A model generated the notes under the pieces. The model saw only the letters and a program-made list of their open reading frames with translations, was not told where the DNA came from and did not search any database. The position numbers and the translations under genes were made by a program. Below, one piece after another: positions 49,257 through 59,105 of a stretch of DNA of 64,000 nt. This DNA comes from Bacteroidota bacterium (GTDB lineage Bacteria; Bacteroidota; Ignavibacteria; Kapaibacteriales; Kapaibacteriaceae): the NCBI GenBank assembly GCA_041170435.1, contig JBEAYU010000072.1:6509-70508 (forward strand), written 5' to 3'. Every line of letters begins with the position of its first letter. The stretch's first letter is position 1.

Positions 49257-51980
49257 TTAAGGGGCTTCCAAGGCTGAACTTGCCTGGACTGGACTGTTCT
49301 CGCGTTCCAGACGTTCGGCAACCAGATCCAGCAGCCCCCTGAATGGGATGCCAAGACTGTGGCACAGAGCTGATTCACAAAGTGTATTAACGCCGATACC
49401 CATCGCCGTCGCATCATAGAATGGATGTGATGCCACCTCAATGCGCACGTCATCATTGGCAGACGAGACAACGTCGGGATGCCTCAGTCCGTGTATGCCT
49501 CCCATTCCGCAACAGGTGGCAGTGGATGGCACAATGACGTTAAAGGCAAGTTGCCTTACCACGGCAATGAGTCTGTCGGTGCTTCCCTGTTTTGCGGCAC
49601 CGCAGCCGGCATGCACGACGATCGGGTGCACAGACTTACTGATCGGTACTCGCGGCAGGACCATCTCTGCAAATCCCACTTGGTCGATGACGCGGAGACC
49701 GCGGCGGCGCGCATCTTCTGCAAGCGCGGCTGCACATGTCGAGGCATCTATCAATACCGGAACATTCCGTCCTCCCATAGCGGCAAGAACATCCTCGAGA
49801 AGCACTCTGCGGGAAACGTTGGCGGCATCGTCAAAGCCCTTTGACGAAAGGGGCTGTCCACAGCAGCCTCCCGACGTCGAAAGCACACGAAGTGCGATTC
49901 CGGCTGCTCGAGACAGGGCTATAATCGACTCCTGCAGTGAGCGCTGCGAGGAGCCGTGTTTCACCACGGAGCACACGCACGAAGGAATGTAAAGCACGTC
50001 GAACGCCCCGGCCGCCGATCCCGCGACGCCGTTCGGAGCGGTAAGACCACGCATGAATCCCGGCGCCCGAGCGCCAACCTTCTCGCTGAGTCGAAGCATC
50101 GTGCGTGCCGCCATACGAAGGATGTTCATGTTCCTGGCTGCTACGCCGGCCACGAGGACAGTCATGCGGCGAGGCCGTCTGCGTTGTCTGACCATTTTTC
50201 CGGTGTCAATTCCCACCGGACAGACAGTGGCACAAATTCCGTCGACTGCACATGAGTCAACAACATCGTGCTTGGCCTCGCGCCGTAGCTCGCTACGCAG
50301 TGCCGGATCATCGGCATTGATCACCATCTCGCGCTCGATCACGATACGCTGACGCGGAGTGAGCGTAAGCTGCCGGGTCGGACATACGTGCTCGCAGAAT
50401 CCGCACTCAATGCAGGCATCCGCCACAGCACCGAGCTCGGTATCAAGCACTGGCACGGGTTTGATGTTTCGCACATGCACCAGCGGATCGGCATTGATGA
50501 TCACATCAGGATTCAGCACGTTCATTGGGTCAAGTACTGACTTGATGCGGCACATGATCCGGTAGGCCCGCGTGCCCCATTCTCGCCCGACAAACGGTGC
50601 CATGTTTCGACCCGTGCCGTGCTCGGCTTTGAGCGATCCACCGTGACAGCCGACAACAATCTCGGCGATGCGTTCCATGAAGGCGGCATATCGATCGATC
50701 TCTCCCGCCTGGGAGAAGTCCTGGCACACGACAAAGTGGATGTTGCCATCCTTGGCGTGTCCGAACACGATTCCGTCGTGGTACCCGAACTCCCGAAAGG
50801 CCCCTTGCACATCTCTGACCAGCATGGCAAGTCGTTCCGGAGGAGCTGCGATGTCTTCGTTGATCATCGTACTTCCCGGCGGACGCATCGCTCCAACCGT
50901 TGGCATCAGCCCCTTGCGGAGCTTCCACAGAATCGCCTGCTGGCGCGGGTCCGACGTCCACCTGACCCCATCCAATTCAGGGGGCTCACAATCATGAAAC
51001 TCAACGAGCAGTGCGGCCGATCCCTCTTGGTCAACTCGATACTCATCGGGCGTAGTCGCTAGGTGGGCAAAGGAACGCAATGATGCATCGTCCATGAGCT
51101 CAATTGCAGCCGCACCGGCCGCACGCCAAAACTCAACGCTATGGCATGCACCATCGAGGGAGTCATAGACAATCAGTGCCGTCTGTTTGCGCTGCGCATC
51201 AGCCACAGTGCGCAACGTGACGTGTTCGATGAATCCGAGTGTGCCCTCACTGCCAACCAACAGTCGTGCGATAATGCGGGCAGGCTGGTCTTCATCGAGT
51301 ACGGCGTTCAGCGAGTACCCAATGGTGTTCTTGATCCGATACTTGCGTCGGATCAGCGCAACCAGCTCGTCATCGGCCCTGACTTCGTCTCGCAGAGCAG
51401 CAATGGCAGTATGCAGTGTTGGATGTGATTCGCGCAGATGTTCATCGGCTTGGTCTGACGACGTATCGATACGAGTTCCGTCCGCCAACACATAGGCCAT
51501 CGAATCAAGCGTATGATAGGAGTTCTGCGCCGTTCCGCAGCACATTCCGCTGGCGTTGTTGGCAACGATCCCTCCAACCATGGCGGCCATCAGAGATGCC
51601 GGATCAGGACCGAGTTTACGTCCGTACCGATGCAGTTGTGCGTTCACGCGCGCGCCCGTTACGCCGGGCTGCATGCGCACGCGCTTGCCATCGTCGAGGA
51701 TCTGCACATCAGACCAGCCCCTTGACAGGTCGACAATGATGCCGTCGGTGACGGCCTGACCCGACAGACTTGTCCCACCGGTGCGGAAGGTGCAATGACG
51801 ACCGTGGCGATGACACCATGCAAGAAGCGTGCGCAGCTCCTGAAGATCCCTCGGACGGACAATCGCTTGTGGCACAAGCCGGTAGAGCGAAGCGTCGTGA
51901 GCATACGCCAGACGATCAATGATACGTCTGGTTACCGATGAGCCGAGCAGTGCTTGCAGCTCGTCAAGGGGCTCACTCAT
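49257..51980 (-). CDS. FAD-binding oxidase fused to 4Fe-4S and CCG domains (GlcD/GlcF- or D-lactate-dehydrogenase-like)
   Basis: N-terminal FAD-binding PCMH-type region (FRTGGTSLSGQAV). A central ferredoxin-like CIECGFCEHVCP and a second Cys cluster (CAVDGICATVCP). C-terminal CCG-type cysteine motifs (GGCCGQP, ATCCGMGG). Confidence 0.85.
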   Translation of the reverse strand: MSEPLDELQALLGSSVTRRIIDRLAYAHDASLYRLVPQAIVRPRDLQELRTLLAWCHRHGRHCTFRTGGTSLSGQAVTDGIIVDLSRGWSDVQILDDGKRVRMQPGVTGARVNAQLHRYGRKLGPDPASLMAAMVGGIVANNASGMCCGTAQNSYHTLDSMAYVLADGTRIDTSSDQADEHLRESHPTLHTAIAALRDEVRADDELVALIRRKYRIKNTIGYSLNAVLDEDQPARIIARLLVGSEGTLGFIEHVTLRTVADAQRKQTALIVYDSLDGACHSVEFWRAAGAAAIELMDDASLRSFAHLATTPDEYRVDQEGSAALLVEFHDCEPPELDGVRWTSDPRQQAILWKLRKGLMPTVGAMRPPGSTMINEDIAAPPERLAMLVRDVQGAFREFGYHDGIVFGHAKDGNIHFVVCQDFSQAGEIDRYAAFMERIAEIVVGCHGGSLKAEHGTGRNMAPFVGREWGTRAYRIMCRIKSVLDPMNVLNPDVIINADPLVHVRNIKPVPVLDTELGAVADACIECGFCEHVCPTRQLTLTPRQRIVIEREMVINADDPALRSELRREAKHDVVDSCAVDGICATVCPVGIDTGKMVRQRRRPRRMTVLVAGVAARNMNILRMAARTMLRLSEKVGARAPGFMRGLTAPNGVAGSAAGAFDVLYIPSCVCSVVKHGSSQRSLQESIIALSRAAGIALRVLSTSGGCCGQPLSSKGFDDAANVSRRVLLEDVLAAMGGRNVPVLIDASTCAAALAEDARRRGLRVIDQVGFAEMVLPRVPISKSVHPIVVHAGCGAAKQGSTDRLIAVVRQLAFNVIVPSTATCCGMGGIHGLRHPDVVSSANDDVRIEVASHPFYDATAMGIGVNTLCESALCHSLGIPFRGLLDLVAERLERENSPVQASSALEAP

Positions 51981-51989
51981 GACACGACC

Positions 51990-53654
51990 TCAGACCTGGA
52001 AGACACCCGTCTTGAGTTCCGGCAACGTGCCCTGGTGAGAGGCAACGGCAATACCACGAGAGATCATCTGACGCGTATCACTCGGGGCGATGATTCCGTC
52101 CACCCAGAGCCGCGAGGCGGCGTACACCGGTGTGGTGGTGGCATCATAGCGCTTCTGGATCTCGGCCAGCATCGACTTTTGACGCTCGGGTGTGAGCTGC
52201 TCACCCTGCTTTTCCAGCTGGGCGACCTTGATCGTAAGCAAGGTCTTGGCTGCTTGAGCACCTCCCATGACGGCGATCTGAGCCGTTGGCCAGGCATAGA
52301 TCAGTCGGGGATCGTAGGCCTTGCCGCACATCGCGTAATTGCCGGCACCATAGGAGTTGCCTATGATGACGGTAAACTTCGGTACCACACTGTTGGCTAC
52401 GGCGTTCACGAGTTTGGCGCCGTCCTTGATGATACCTCCCTGCTCGGCGCGTGTGCCCACCATGAAGCCCGTCACGTCTTGTAGGAAGACCAGCGGAATC
52501 CCCCGCTGATTACAGTTCAGGATGAATCGTGCGGCCTTGTCGGCAGAGTCGGAATAGATCACGCCCCCTACCTGCATCTCGCCTTTGCCCGAGCGCGTGA
52601 TCTCACGATTGTTGGCAACGAGACCGACCGACCAACCATCGATGCGAGCATAGCCGCAGATGATGCTCTGTCCATACTCAGCCTTGTATTCATCGAAGTC
52701 CGACGCATCGATAAGCCGAGCGATGATCTGACGCGTATTGTAGGGCTTGGCCCGGTCTGCCGGAATGATGCCATAGATCTCTTCCACGTCGAAGGCTGGT
52801 TCGCGGGGCTCGACGCGAGAGAACAGCGGCGATGGCCCCTTCGTCGGAGAGAACTTATCGACTAGTGACCTGATCGTATCGATGGCCTCCTGATCGGACT
52901 CAACCTTGTAGTCGACCACACCGCTGACCGTGCTGTGCATTGTTGCACCGCCAAGGGGCTCGATACCGGTCTTTTCTCCGATGGCAGCCTCGACGAGGGC
53001 CGGACCAGCAAGAAAGACGCTACCGGTACCATTCACGATGATGGCCTCGTCGCACATGATCGGCAGGTACGCGCCTCCGGCCACGCACGGGCCCATGATG
53101 GCGGCGATCTGCGGAATCCCCAAGGCGCTCATCATCGCATTGTTGCGGAACTGACGTCCGAAGTGCTCCTTGTCGGGAAAGATCTCGTCCTGCATCGGCA
53201 AGAACACGCCGGCCGAATCGACAAGGTAGATGATCGGAAGTCGGTTCTCGAGGGCGATCTCCTGAGCGCGCATGTTCTTTTTGGCAGTCATCGGGAACCA
53301 CGCGCCGGCCTTGACGGTGGCATCGTTGGCCACGATCATGCACTCGCGTCCGTGAATGATGCCGATACCCGATACCACACCGGCCCCGGGACAGCCACCT
53401 TCCTCCTCATACATGCCATGCGCCGTTAGCAGCCCCACCTCGAGAATGGTCGTTCCCGGATCGACCAACGCTTCGATGCGCTCGCGTGCCGTCATCTTTC
53501 CCTTGGCGCGATGGCGCTCAATGGCCTTCTTCCCGCCGCCAAGTTTTACGGCTGCGCTGATGCCCTCGATCACGCGAAGCGTCTGCCGATTGGCATCAGC
53601 ATTGGCCTCATAGGCAAGGTCGTGGTTTATCGGTGAACCGATGGTGCGTGCCAT
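51990..53654 (-). CDS. Acyl-CoA carboxylase carboxyltransferase (beta) subunit
   Basis: KGKMTARERIEALVDPGT, IVANDATVKAGAW and GPCVAGGAYLP are carboxyl_trans domain signatures. Substrate (methylcrotonyl-, propionyl- or glutaconyl-CoA) is not resolved. Confidence 0.85.
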   Translation of the reverse strand: MARTIGSPINHDLAYEANADANRQTLRVIEGISAAVKLGGGKKAIERHRAKGKMTARERIEALVDPGTTILEVGLLTAHGMYEEEGGCPGAGVVSGIGIIHGRECMIVANDATVKAGAWFPMTAKKNMRAQEIALENRLPIIYLVDSAGVFLPMQDEIFPDKEHFGRQFRNNAMMSALGIPQIAAIMGPCVAGGAYLPIMCDEAIIVNGTGSVFLAGPALVEAAIGEKTGIEPLGGATMHSTVSGVVDYKVESDQEAIDTIRSLVDKFSPTKGPSPLFSRVEPREPAFDVEEIYGIIPADRAKPYNTRQIIARLIDASDFDEYKAEYGQSIICGYARIDGWSVGLVANNREITRSGKGEMQVGGVIYSDSADKAARFILNCNQRGIPLVFLQDVTGFMVGTRAEQGGIIKDGAKLVNAVANSVVPKFTVIIGNSYGAGNYAMCGKAYDPRLIYAWPTAQIAVMGGAQAAKTLLTIKVAQLEKQGEQLTPERQKSMLAEIQKRYDATTTPVYAASRLWVDGIIAPSDTRQMISRGIAVASHQGTLPELKTGVFQV

Positions 53655-53683
53655 ACTGCTAGGTTGATGGTGGGACTCGAAAC

Positions 53684-53710
53684 AAAAAAGGCGCCCGTTG
53701 GGACGCCTTT
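53684..53710 (-). terminator. Rho-independent terminator after secG
   Basis: In minus sense the stem is GGCGTCC-CAAC-GGGCGCC (7 bp, one G-U), followed by TTTTTTG. On the plus strand the same stem would carry a C-A mismatch. Confidence 0.6.
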
Positions 53711-53756
53711 GGGAAGATTCAGATGTGACACTACCCTGCCTGCAAACGATCGCCGA

Positions 53757-54116
53757 TCACTTACCAGCAGGCGCACTGGCTGGAGCAGGCTGCTGAGCCG
53801 GTTGTGGTGCCTGACGCGTTGGTGCGGGCAGCGTTGGTTGCGGTGCATCCTTGGCAACGGATTCGCGTTGCGCCCCACCGGTGGTATCCAAGAACACACT
53901 GTTGATGAGGATCGCAAACACAGCAATGGTACCGAGCAGCACCATCGTGGCTGTTTGCAGAACGTTGCGCGACTGGCGAACGCCAAAGAGGTTGTTCATT
54001 TGTCCGCCGAGACCGCTCATACCGGAAATCATGTCGGCCTTACCAGGCTGAATGATCACCACCAGCACGAGCAGGACGGCAGCGATGAGAGAGATGACTG
54101 AGAGAAGCGTATCCAT
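53757..54116 (-). CDS. secG: Preprotein translocase subunit SecG with Pro/Ala/Gln-rich C-terminal tail
   Basis: MDTLLSVISLIAAVLLVLVVIIQPGKADMISGMSGLGG is the SecG signature. Start set at ATG 54116. Confidence 0.85.
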   Translation of the reverse strand: MDTLLSVISLIAAVLLVLVVIIQPGKADMISGMSGLGGQMNNLFGVRQSRNVLQTATMVLLGTIAVFAILINSVFLDTTGGAQRESVAKDAPQPTLPAPTRQAPQPAQQPAPASAPAGK

Positions 54117-54163
54117 GGGGCTTGCTTTGGTGAATGGGACGGCAAAGATAACATCCGTGCCCG

Positions 54164-55267
54164 TTACGGACAACCGAGACCGACGCAGATGGGCTTGGTG
54201 AACGACAAACCGTTTTCGGCAAACCAGACAAGGAAGGTGTCGTATCGGTCCTCATTCTTGCGGAAGTAGAGATTCATCTCCCGTTTGTCGCCGTATGAAT
54301 AGAGCCACCACAGGTAGTCCTTGAGACGGCCCTGCTTGAGGAGCCAAGCATTCCAGTCGAGTAGATCATTGCGATACGTGCTATCCTTTCCGGAGCTGAT
54401 CCAGCCCCGCATGAAGCGGTACCGTAGATCGACGAGCTGTTCAATTCCCAGCCGGTTGAGTACCGTGTCCTTTGACAGCAGCGTCTGTGCTGCCTGGGCC
54501 ATCGTGAACTCGAAGGCTTCGAGGAAGGACATCATGCTGCCGCCGCGCCGGTCCGGAACTTCGCGCGCCTCGTCGGAACAAAATCGCATTGGGTCGGTGG
54601 AATCTCCCACACGCATCGAGAGGTTCCACATGTCAAAGACCAGCTTCGACATCTCACGTGTGCGCGGCGAATTACGCTCGATGTTCAGAAACAGTTCGGC
54701 ATAGAAGGCCGCCCAGATGCGCTCTCGCGTTTCGGAGAAGAACTTTGCCAGCCAATAGTAATTGGTGGCAAACGACGGTTCTGCACGCGTGCCATCGAGC
54801 CACCACTTCTGCGCCTGTGCTCGATCGTTGTTGCGATAGTAGAGCTGACCGACCTCAAAGTGAAGACGTCCGGAGGACGGGAACTGCCGCACCCCCTCCT
54901 CGTAGTACCAGCGGGCCTTCCCCGTGTCCTGCAGGATGTCGTAGCAGTTGCCCAGAAGCTGGAAACCCCGATCGCGGAGCATCGTGTCACGATAGATCGG
55001 AGCAAGGATCTCGACGGCCTGCTGATGCCGGTCGGCCATGACAAGGGCCACGGCCTTTTCGTAGATGTATGGCACGTAGCCAGGAACTTCCTTCAACGCC
55101 TGATCCCACAGACCAATGGCCATTTCGGGAAGGTTGCCGTCCATGTACTGCATGGCCTGACGTGCCAGCGAGTCGGCCCTGGGGTTTTCACGACCTTGAC
55201 ACAACGCTCTCGCGGGGTTCAGCAGGACAAACAAACAGAGGATGATCACAATGAGGTACCGTCGCAT
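54164..55267 (-). CDS. Secreted hypothetical protein with TPR-like N-terminal half
   Basis: ATG 55267 gives the signal peptide MRRYLIVIILCLFVLLNPARALCQ. No catalytic motif was recognised. Confidence 0.55.
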   Translation of the reverse strand: MRRYLIVIILCLFVLLNPARALCQGRENPRADSLARQAMQYMDGNLPEMAIGLWDQALKEVPGYVPYIYEKAVALVMADRHQQAVEILAPIYRDTMLRDRGFQLLGNCYDILQDTGKARWYYEEGVRQFPSSGRLHFEVGQLYYRNNDRAQAQKWWLDGTRAEPSFATNYYWLAKFFSETRERIWAAFYAELFLNIERNSPRTREMSKLVFDMWNLSMRVGDSTDPMRFCSDEAREVPDRRGGSMMSFLEAFEFTMAQAAQTLLSKDTVLNRLGIEQLVDLRYRFMRGWISSGKDSTYRNDLLDWNAWLLKQGRLKDYLWWLYSYGDKREMNLYFRKNEDRYDTFLVWFAENGLSFTKPICVGLGCP

Positions 55268-55457
55268 GACGTACAAATTGTGAAACTTGTAGGGAAATCC
55301 TCTTCACGTCTCATGCGCCATCATGCAGCAGGATCGTTGCAATAGAAGTCGATACGGACGCGTCTAGAATCTTAGTTCAAACAATCAACACACCGCATGA
55401 CCATTTAGACCTCTTGCAGTACCGGTAGTTCTTTCACCCTGAACACAGGAGGTCACC

Positions 55458-56420
55458 ATGCGACGGATCATCATTGGAGTGCTCGGGCTCTTTCTGCCCT
55501 TCCAATTCCTTACGGCACAACCTCGCACGGGCCCGGTAGCTGGCCCGGAGTGCGGCGACGCGCCGCTGCGACGTGCACTGGGTCTGCTCTTTGACTCTAC
55601 CAGTCAGGGTATCGTTGTCGTTGAGGTTTTCGAGAACATGCCGGCCTACGCGGCTGGTATATGCCGAGGAGACATTCTCCTTGCGATCGATCATCAACCG
55701 ATTCTGTCATTAATGCAGGCCGTCAGGCAGACACATGACATCAAGGCCGAGTTTGTGATGCTTGATGTTCAGCGGCGAGACATGCACATCTGCCGGAGAA
55801 TAGGTGTTCACGACGGCGCTCCTATGCAGGCGGCCTGCATTCGCTCCGGTGGTGCCATGGCCATTGCCATCAGGCGTGTCGACCACACGCTGCCAGAGCA
55901 CCTGGCAAAGGTGCTGAAGCATTCGAGTTCGCATTCTGTTGATACGATGATCATGGATCTGCGCAGGTGGCGATCTAATCAGAGCGAGGCAGATGTGCGT
56001 CCGATCGAACTGCTGCTTGCCTTGCTCAGACGCGATGTCGACAAAGCGGTCCATGTCGTGATCTTGCCTCCGGTCGATCAGGCTGATCCTTCGTGGCGAA
56101 TGGCACAACGTCTTGCCGAGCAATGTGCAGCCGAGCTTTGGGATGAACCGGTGGATGCACAAACATCCCAAGTCGCTGCACCTACATTCGGCTTCGTGTA
56201 CGGCAACACCGGACAACGGCGGGCACCAGCGATGGTGCCCTCGGTTCAACAGGCACCTGTACACTGGAACATGGCTGATTTCCGGACACGTTTTCCGGTG
56301 CCATCTGACCGGGCCATGTCCCACCCAATGATGAGTCAGCACTCAGGTATGGCTCCGATAGCATGGGGCCTGGCTGGTGATGCGTGGAATGCGATCGAGC
56401 ACGTGCGCCGGCGGATCTGA
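55458..56420 (+). CDS. Secreted protein with a PDZ-like segment
   Basis: AGGAGG lies 6 nt upstream. There is a signal peptide, and GIVVVEVFENMPAYAAGICRGDILLAIDHQPI is PDZ-like. Confidence 0.5.
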   Translation: MRRIIIGVLGLFLPFQFLTAQPRTGPVAGPECGDAPLRRALGLLFDSTSQGIVVVEVFENMPAYAAGICRGDILLAIDHQPILSLMQAVRQTHDIKAEFVMLDVQRRDMHICRRIGVHDGAPMQAACIRSGGAMAIAIRRVDHTLPEHLAKVLKHSSSHSVDTMIMDLRRWRSNQSEADVRPIELLLALLRRDVDKAVHVVILPPVDQADPSWRMAQRLAEQCAAELWDEPVDAQTSQVAAPTFGFVYGNTGQRRAPAMVPSVQQAPVHWNMADFRTRFPVPSDRAMSHPMMSQHSGMAPIAWGLAGDAWNAIEHVRRRI

Positions 56421-56453
56421 TCCGAAAGGACGCAGAGCAATATTCAATACGGC

Positions 56454-56492
56454 AAGGGGGCTGTGATTTCACTGCCCCCTTTCTCGTTTCTT
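56454..56492 (+). terminator. Rho-independent terminator built from an inverted pair of the AAGGGGGC motif
   Basis: AAGGGGGC (56454-56461), a 12-nt loop, then GCCCCCTT (56474-56481), followed by the T-rich tctcgtttcttc. Confidence 0.55.
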
Positions 56493-56515
56493 CGGGATTA
56501 TTGAGATTTGCCCCA

Positions 56516-57424
56516 ATGAACGGATGGATTCCTCGACGAGCTCCGCTATTGGTACTGCTTTGGGTGATCATTCACCATCATTGCCTAGGCGCTGCCGATA
56601 CCGTCAGACAACAAAGCCTGCTCTGGAGGATCACCTCGGAGGCTGGCGCAGTGAGCCATGTTTTTGGTACAATTCACCTGGCTGACACGGCGGCGTTTCG
56701 TCAGCGCGACACGGTACTGAAGATTCTCGACGCCTCACGCGTGCATGTCTCGGAGTTGAATCTCGATTCAGTACTCACTGGCATGCGGCCAGAAATCCTC
56801 CTTCTGCCTGCAGGAACGTTGTACGACATCTACGACTCGGCCTCGGTATCGATGATATGCGATCGGCTGACAGCCGTAAACGCGATACTGGCCAAGGCAT
56901 GTATACGATTGAAGCCGGGAGCGATCATGATGCTTGTCTCTATGGGTTCGTTCGAGCGATCTGCTCCGACGTCGATCGACGAGTTCCTCTGGGCCCGTGC
57001 CAAGGTGGGCAAACTCGAGAGAAGGGGCTTGGAGACACTTGCTGAGCAGATCGGTATCATGGACTCGATCCCGGCAGGCCTTGTACTCGAGCAGATCAGA
57101 AGTACCGACTCGCTCGAGGAGGATATTGCGGAGTTGCGCAGTGCGTACGTGCGCGAAGACTTACTCGGACTTGATAGTCTTGCTCAGAGCGACGTGACGG
57201 TGCCTGCGGAGACCATGCAGATGTTAAACGATCGGCGCAACGAGCGCATGGTCGAACGAATGATCCCGATGATCGAGAGCGGCGGCGCTTTCATCGCCGT
57301 CGGTGCGTTGCACCTGACCGGCCGCAGCAGCATCATCGATCTTCTGCGAGGCCGTGGCTATGCCGTCACGCCCGTCCTGGGAGGCACTCGTCGGTCGTGG
57401 CTTGAGTCCGGTCCAAAGCGCTGA
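56516..57424 (+). CDS. TraB/GumN family protein
   Basis: ATG 56516 gives a signal peptide. LLWRITSEAGAVSHVFGTIHL and FIAVGALHLTG are TraB/GumN hallmarks. Confidence 0.75.
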   Translation: MNGWIPRRAPLLVLLWVIIHHHCLGAADTVRQQSLLWRITSEAGAVSHVFGTIHLADTAAFRQRDTVLKILDASRVHVSELNLDSVLTGMRPEILLLPAGTLYDIYDSASVSMICDRLTAVNAILAKACIRLKPGAIMMLVSMGSFERSAPTSIDEFLWARAKVGKLERRGLETLAEQIGIMDSIPAGLVLEQIRSTDSLEEDIAELRSAYVREDLLGLDSLAQSDVTVPAETMQMLNDRRNERMVERMIPMIESGGAFIAVGALHLTGRSSIIDLLRGRGYAVTPVLGGTRRSWLESGPKR

Positions 57425-58314
57425 TGCACATCCATGGCGATGCGATATAGGTTGCATTGTGCGCGGATCGTGTCCTCTATAGGATCGGCGTAGCCCCCTC
57501 CCAAAGCAAGCATAACGGGAATCCCACGCCGGCGGAAGGTCTCCAATACCAGTCGGTCGCGCCGTGCAACGCCCTCAAAGCTGAGCGAAAGACGTCCAAG
57601 AGCGTCTGAGGCCAGCACGTCGACGCCGCACTGGTAGAACACGATGTCCGGCCGGAATTCTACGATCGGGATGAGTTCACGTTCGACCACTGCGAGATAT
57701 TCGGCATCGCCCGTTGCGTCGGGCATGTCAACGTCAACGGTCGACGGAACCTTGCGAAATGGATAGTTCTTGGCGCCATGCACCGAGAGTATGTAAACAT
57801 CCGGTCGGCCTCCGAGGATATCGCTGTTGCCGTTGCCCTGATGAACATCCAGATCGACAATTGCTACGCGGCCAATGACTCCTTCCGCCTGAAGACGCAA
57901 CGTCGAGACGGCTATGTCATTGAACACGCAAAATCCTTCGCCGGCATCGCGCAGAGCATGATGCGTGCCCCCTGCAAGGTTCCCGCTCAGACCATCTTCG
58001 AGAGCTGCTCGTGCCGAGGCCAAGCACCCACCAACGGTAGCCAGCGATCGGTCGACAAGGCCCGGACTCCAGGGGAACCCAATGCGACGTTGCTCCAGGC
58101 GCTCAAGCGTGCCGTTGAGCACACCATCGACGTACCGTTCTGTATGAGCCAACAGCACGTCCTGCCGCGAGGCCAGATCGGGTGCTATCAGTTGGCGCTC
58201 ATCAATGATCCCTTCACGAACGAGCGCATGTCGCAGCATACTATACTTGCGCATCGGGAAGCGATGTCCCTCGGGCAGTTCGATGGTGTAATGATCTGAG
58301 TAAAAAACCCGCAT
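57358..58314 (-). CDS. Histone deacetylase-family (arginase/deacetylase superfamily) protein
   Basis: GGTHHALRDAGEGFCVFNDIAV, VAIVDLDVHQGNG and LALGGGY. Confidence 0.85.
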   Translation of the reverse strand: MRVFYSDHYTIELPEGHRFPMRKYSMLRHALVREGIIDERQLIAPDLASRQDVLLAHTERYVDGVLNGTLERLEQRRIGFPWSPGLVDRSLATVGGCLASARAALEDGLSGNLAGGTHHALRDAGEGFCVFNDIAVSTLRLQAEGVIGRVAIVDLDVHQGNGNSDILGGRPDVYILSVHGAKNYPFRKVPSTVDVDMPDATGDAEYLAVVERELIPIVEFRPDIVFYQCGVDVLASDALGRLSLSFEGVARRDRLVLETFRRRGIPVMLALGGGYADPIEDTIRAQCNLYRIAMDVHQRFGPDSSHDRRVPPRTGVTA

Positions 58315-58325
58315 GTCTGGCTAGG

Positions 58326-59105
58326 TCAGCCGGGGCGGAATTCTATCGGCACACGCACCCAAAGTCGGGCAGGCCCACCATGAAGCTGTCCCGGCCGAAA
58401 CCGGAGGCACTTGATGGCTCGGGCAGCCGAAAGGTCGTAGACCGGGTCGGTCGATTCAAGAATCACCACATCTTCTACATGCCCATCTGGTCCGACAAGT
58501 GCCGCAACCAGAACTCGGCCGGTCATGTTGCGCCCCCTGGCCGCCGCGGGATAAAAGATATAGGAACCGAGTCGATCGAAATCAAACATCGGATCAGTAG
58601 ATGCCGACACGAAGTCGTTAATGCTTGGCCGCAATGCCGTACGAACAGTATCACGGTCTTTCACGCCCCTGTGAAACCAGGGTTCCCGTGAGACAAGACG
58701 CGTATTGGGATTACCGAGGACTTTCGACTCCTCAACAATGGCCTGACGCAGAGGGATAACCCGGAGTGCCACAGCATAGGTATCGACGGCCATGGGATTG
58801 AAGGGCACCAGCCACTCAACAAGCGAGTCGAGCAATGCCTTGGGGATCTCGGGTCGCGTACGCAAGACGCTGTCTTTGCCATTGACGCGTCGGAACACGA
58901 TCGACAACTCATTTGGCCGCATCAGGGACACGGGAAAGTACGATTCAAACTCTGTGATGAACTGAATAAGCTTGACCGAGGCATTGCTTGTTCGGGCATA
59001 GACGATATGTACGGTCTCGACGCCTTGCGCAGCTTTAATGCTGCTATGCCCGAAACCAGGCAGTGCGAGCACGACAAGCAGGGTGATCAGTCCACGAGCG
59101 GACAT
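58326..59105 (-). CDS. TonB C-terminal-domain protein
   Basis: The C-terminal YPAAARGRNMTGRVLVAALVGPDGHVEDVVILESTDPVYDLSAARAIKCLRFRP matches the TonB_C pattern. Start set at ATG 59105 to limit overlap with the upstream ATPase gene. Confidence 0.6.
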   Translation of the reverse strand: MSARGLITLLVVLALPGFGHSSIKAAQGVETVHIVYARTSNASVKLIQFITEFESYFPVSLMRPNELSIVFRRVNGKDSVLRTRPEIPKALLDSLVEWLVPFNPMAVDTYAVALRVIPLRQAIVEESKVLGNPNTRLVSREPWFHRGVKDRDTVRTALRPSINDFVSASTDPMFDFDRLGSYIFYPAAARGRNMTGRVLVAALVGPDGHVEDVVILESTDPVYDLSAARAIKCLRFRPGQLHGGPARLWVRVPIEFRPG

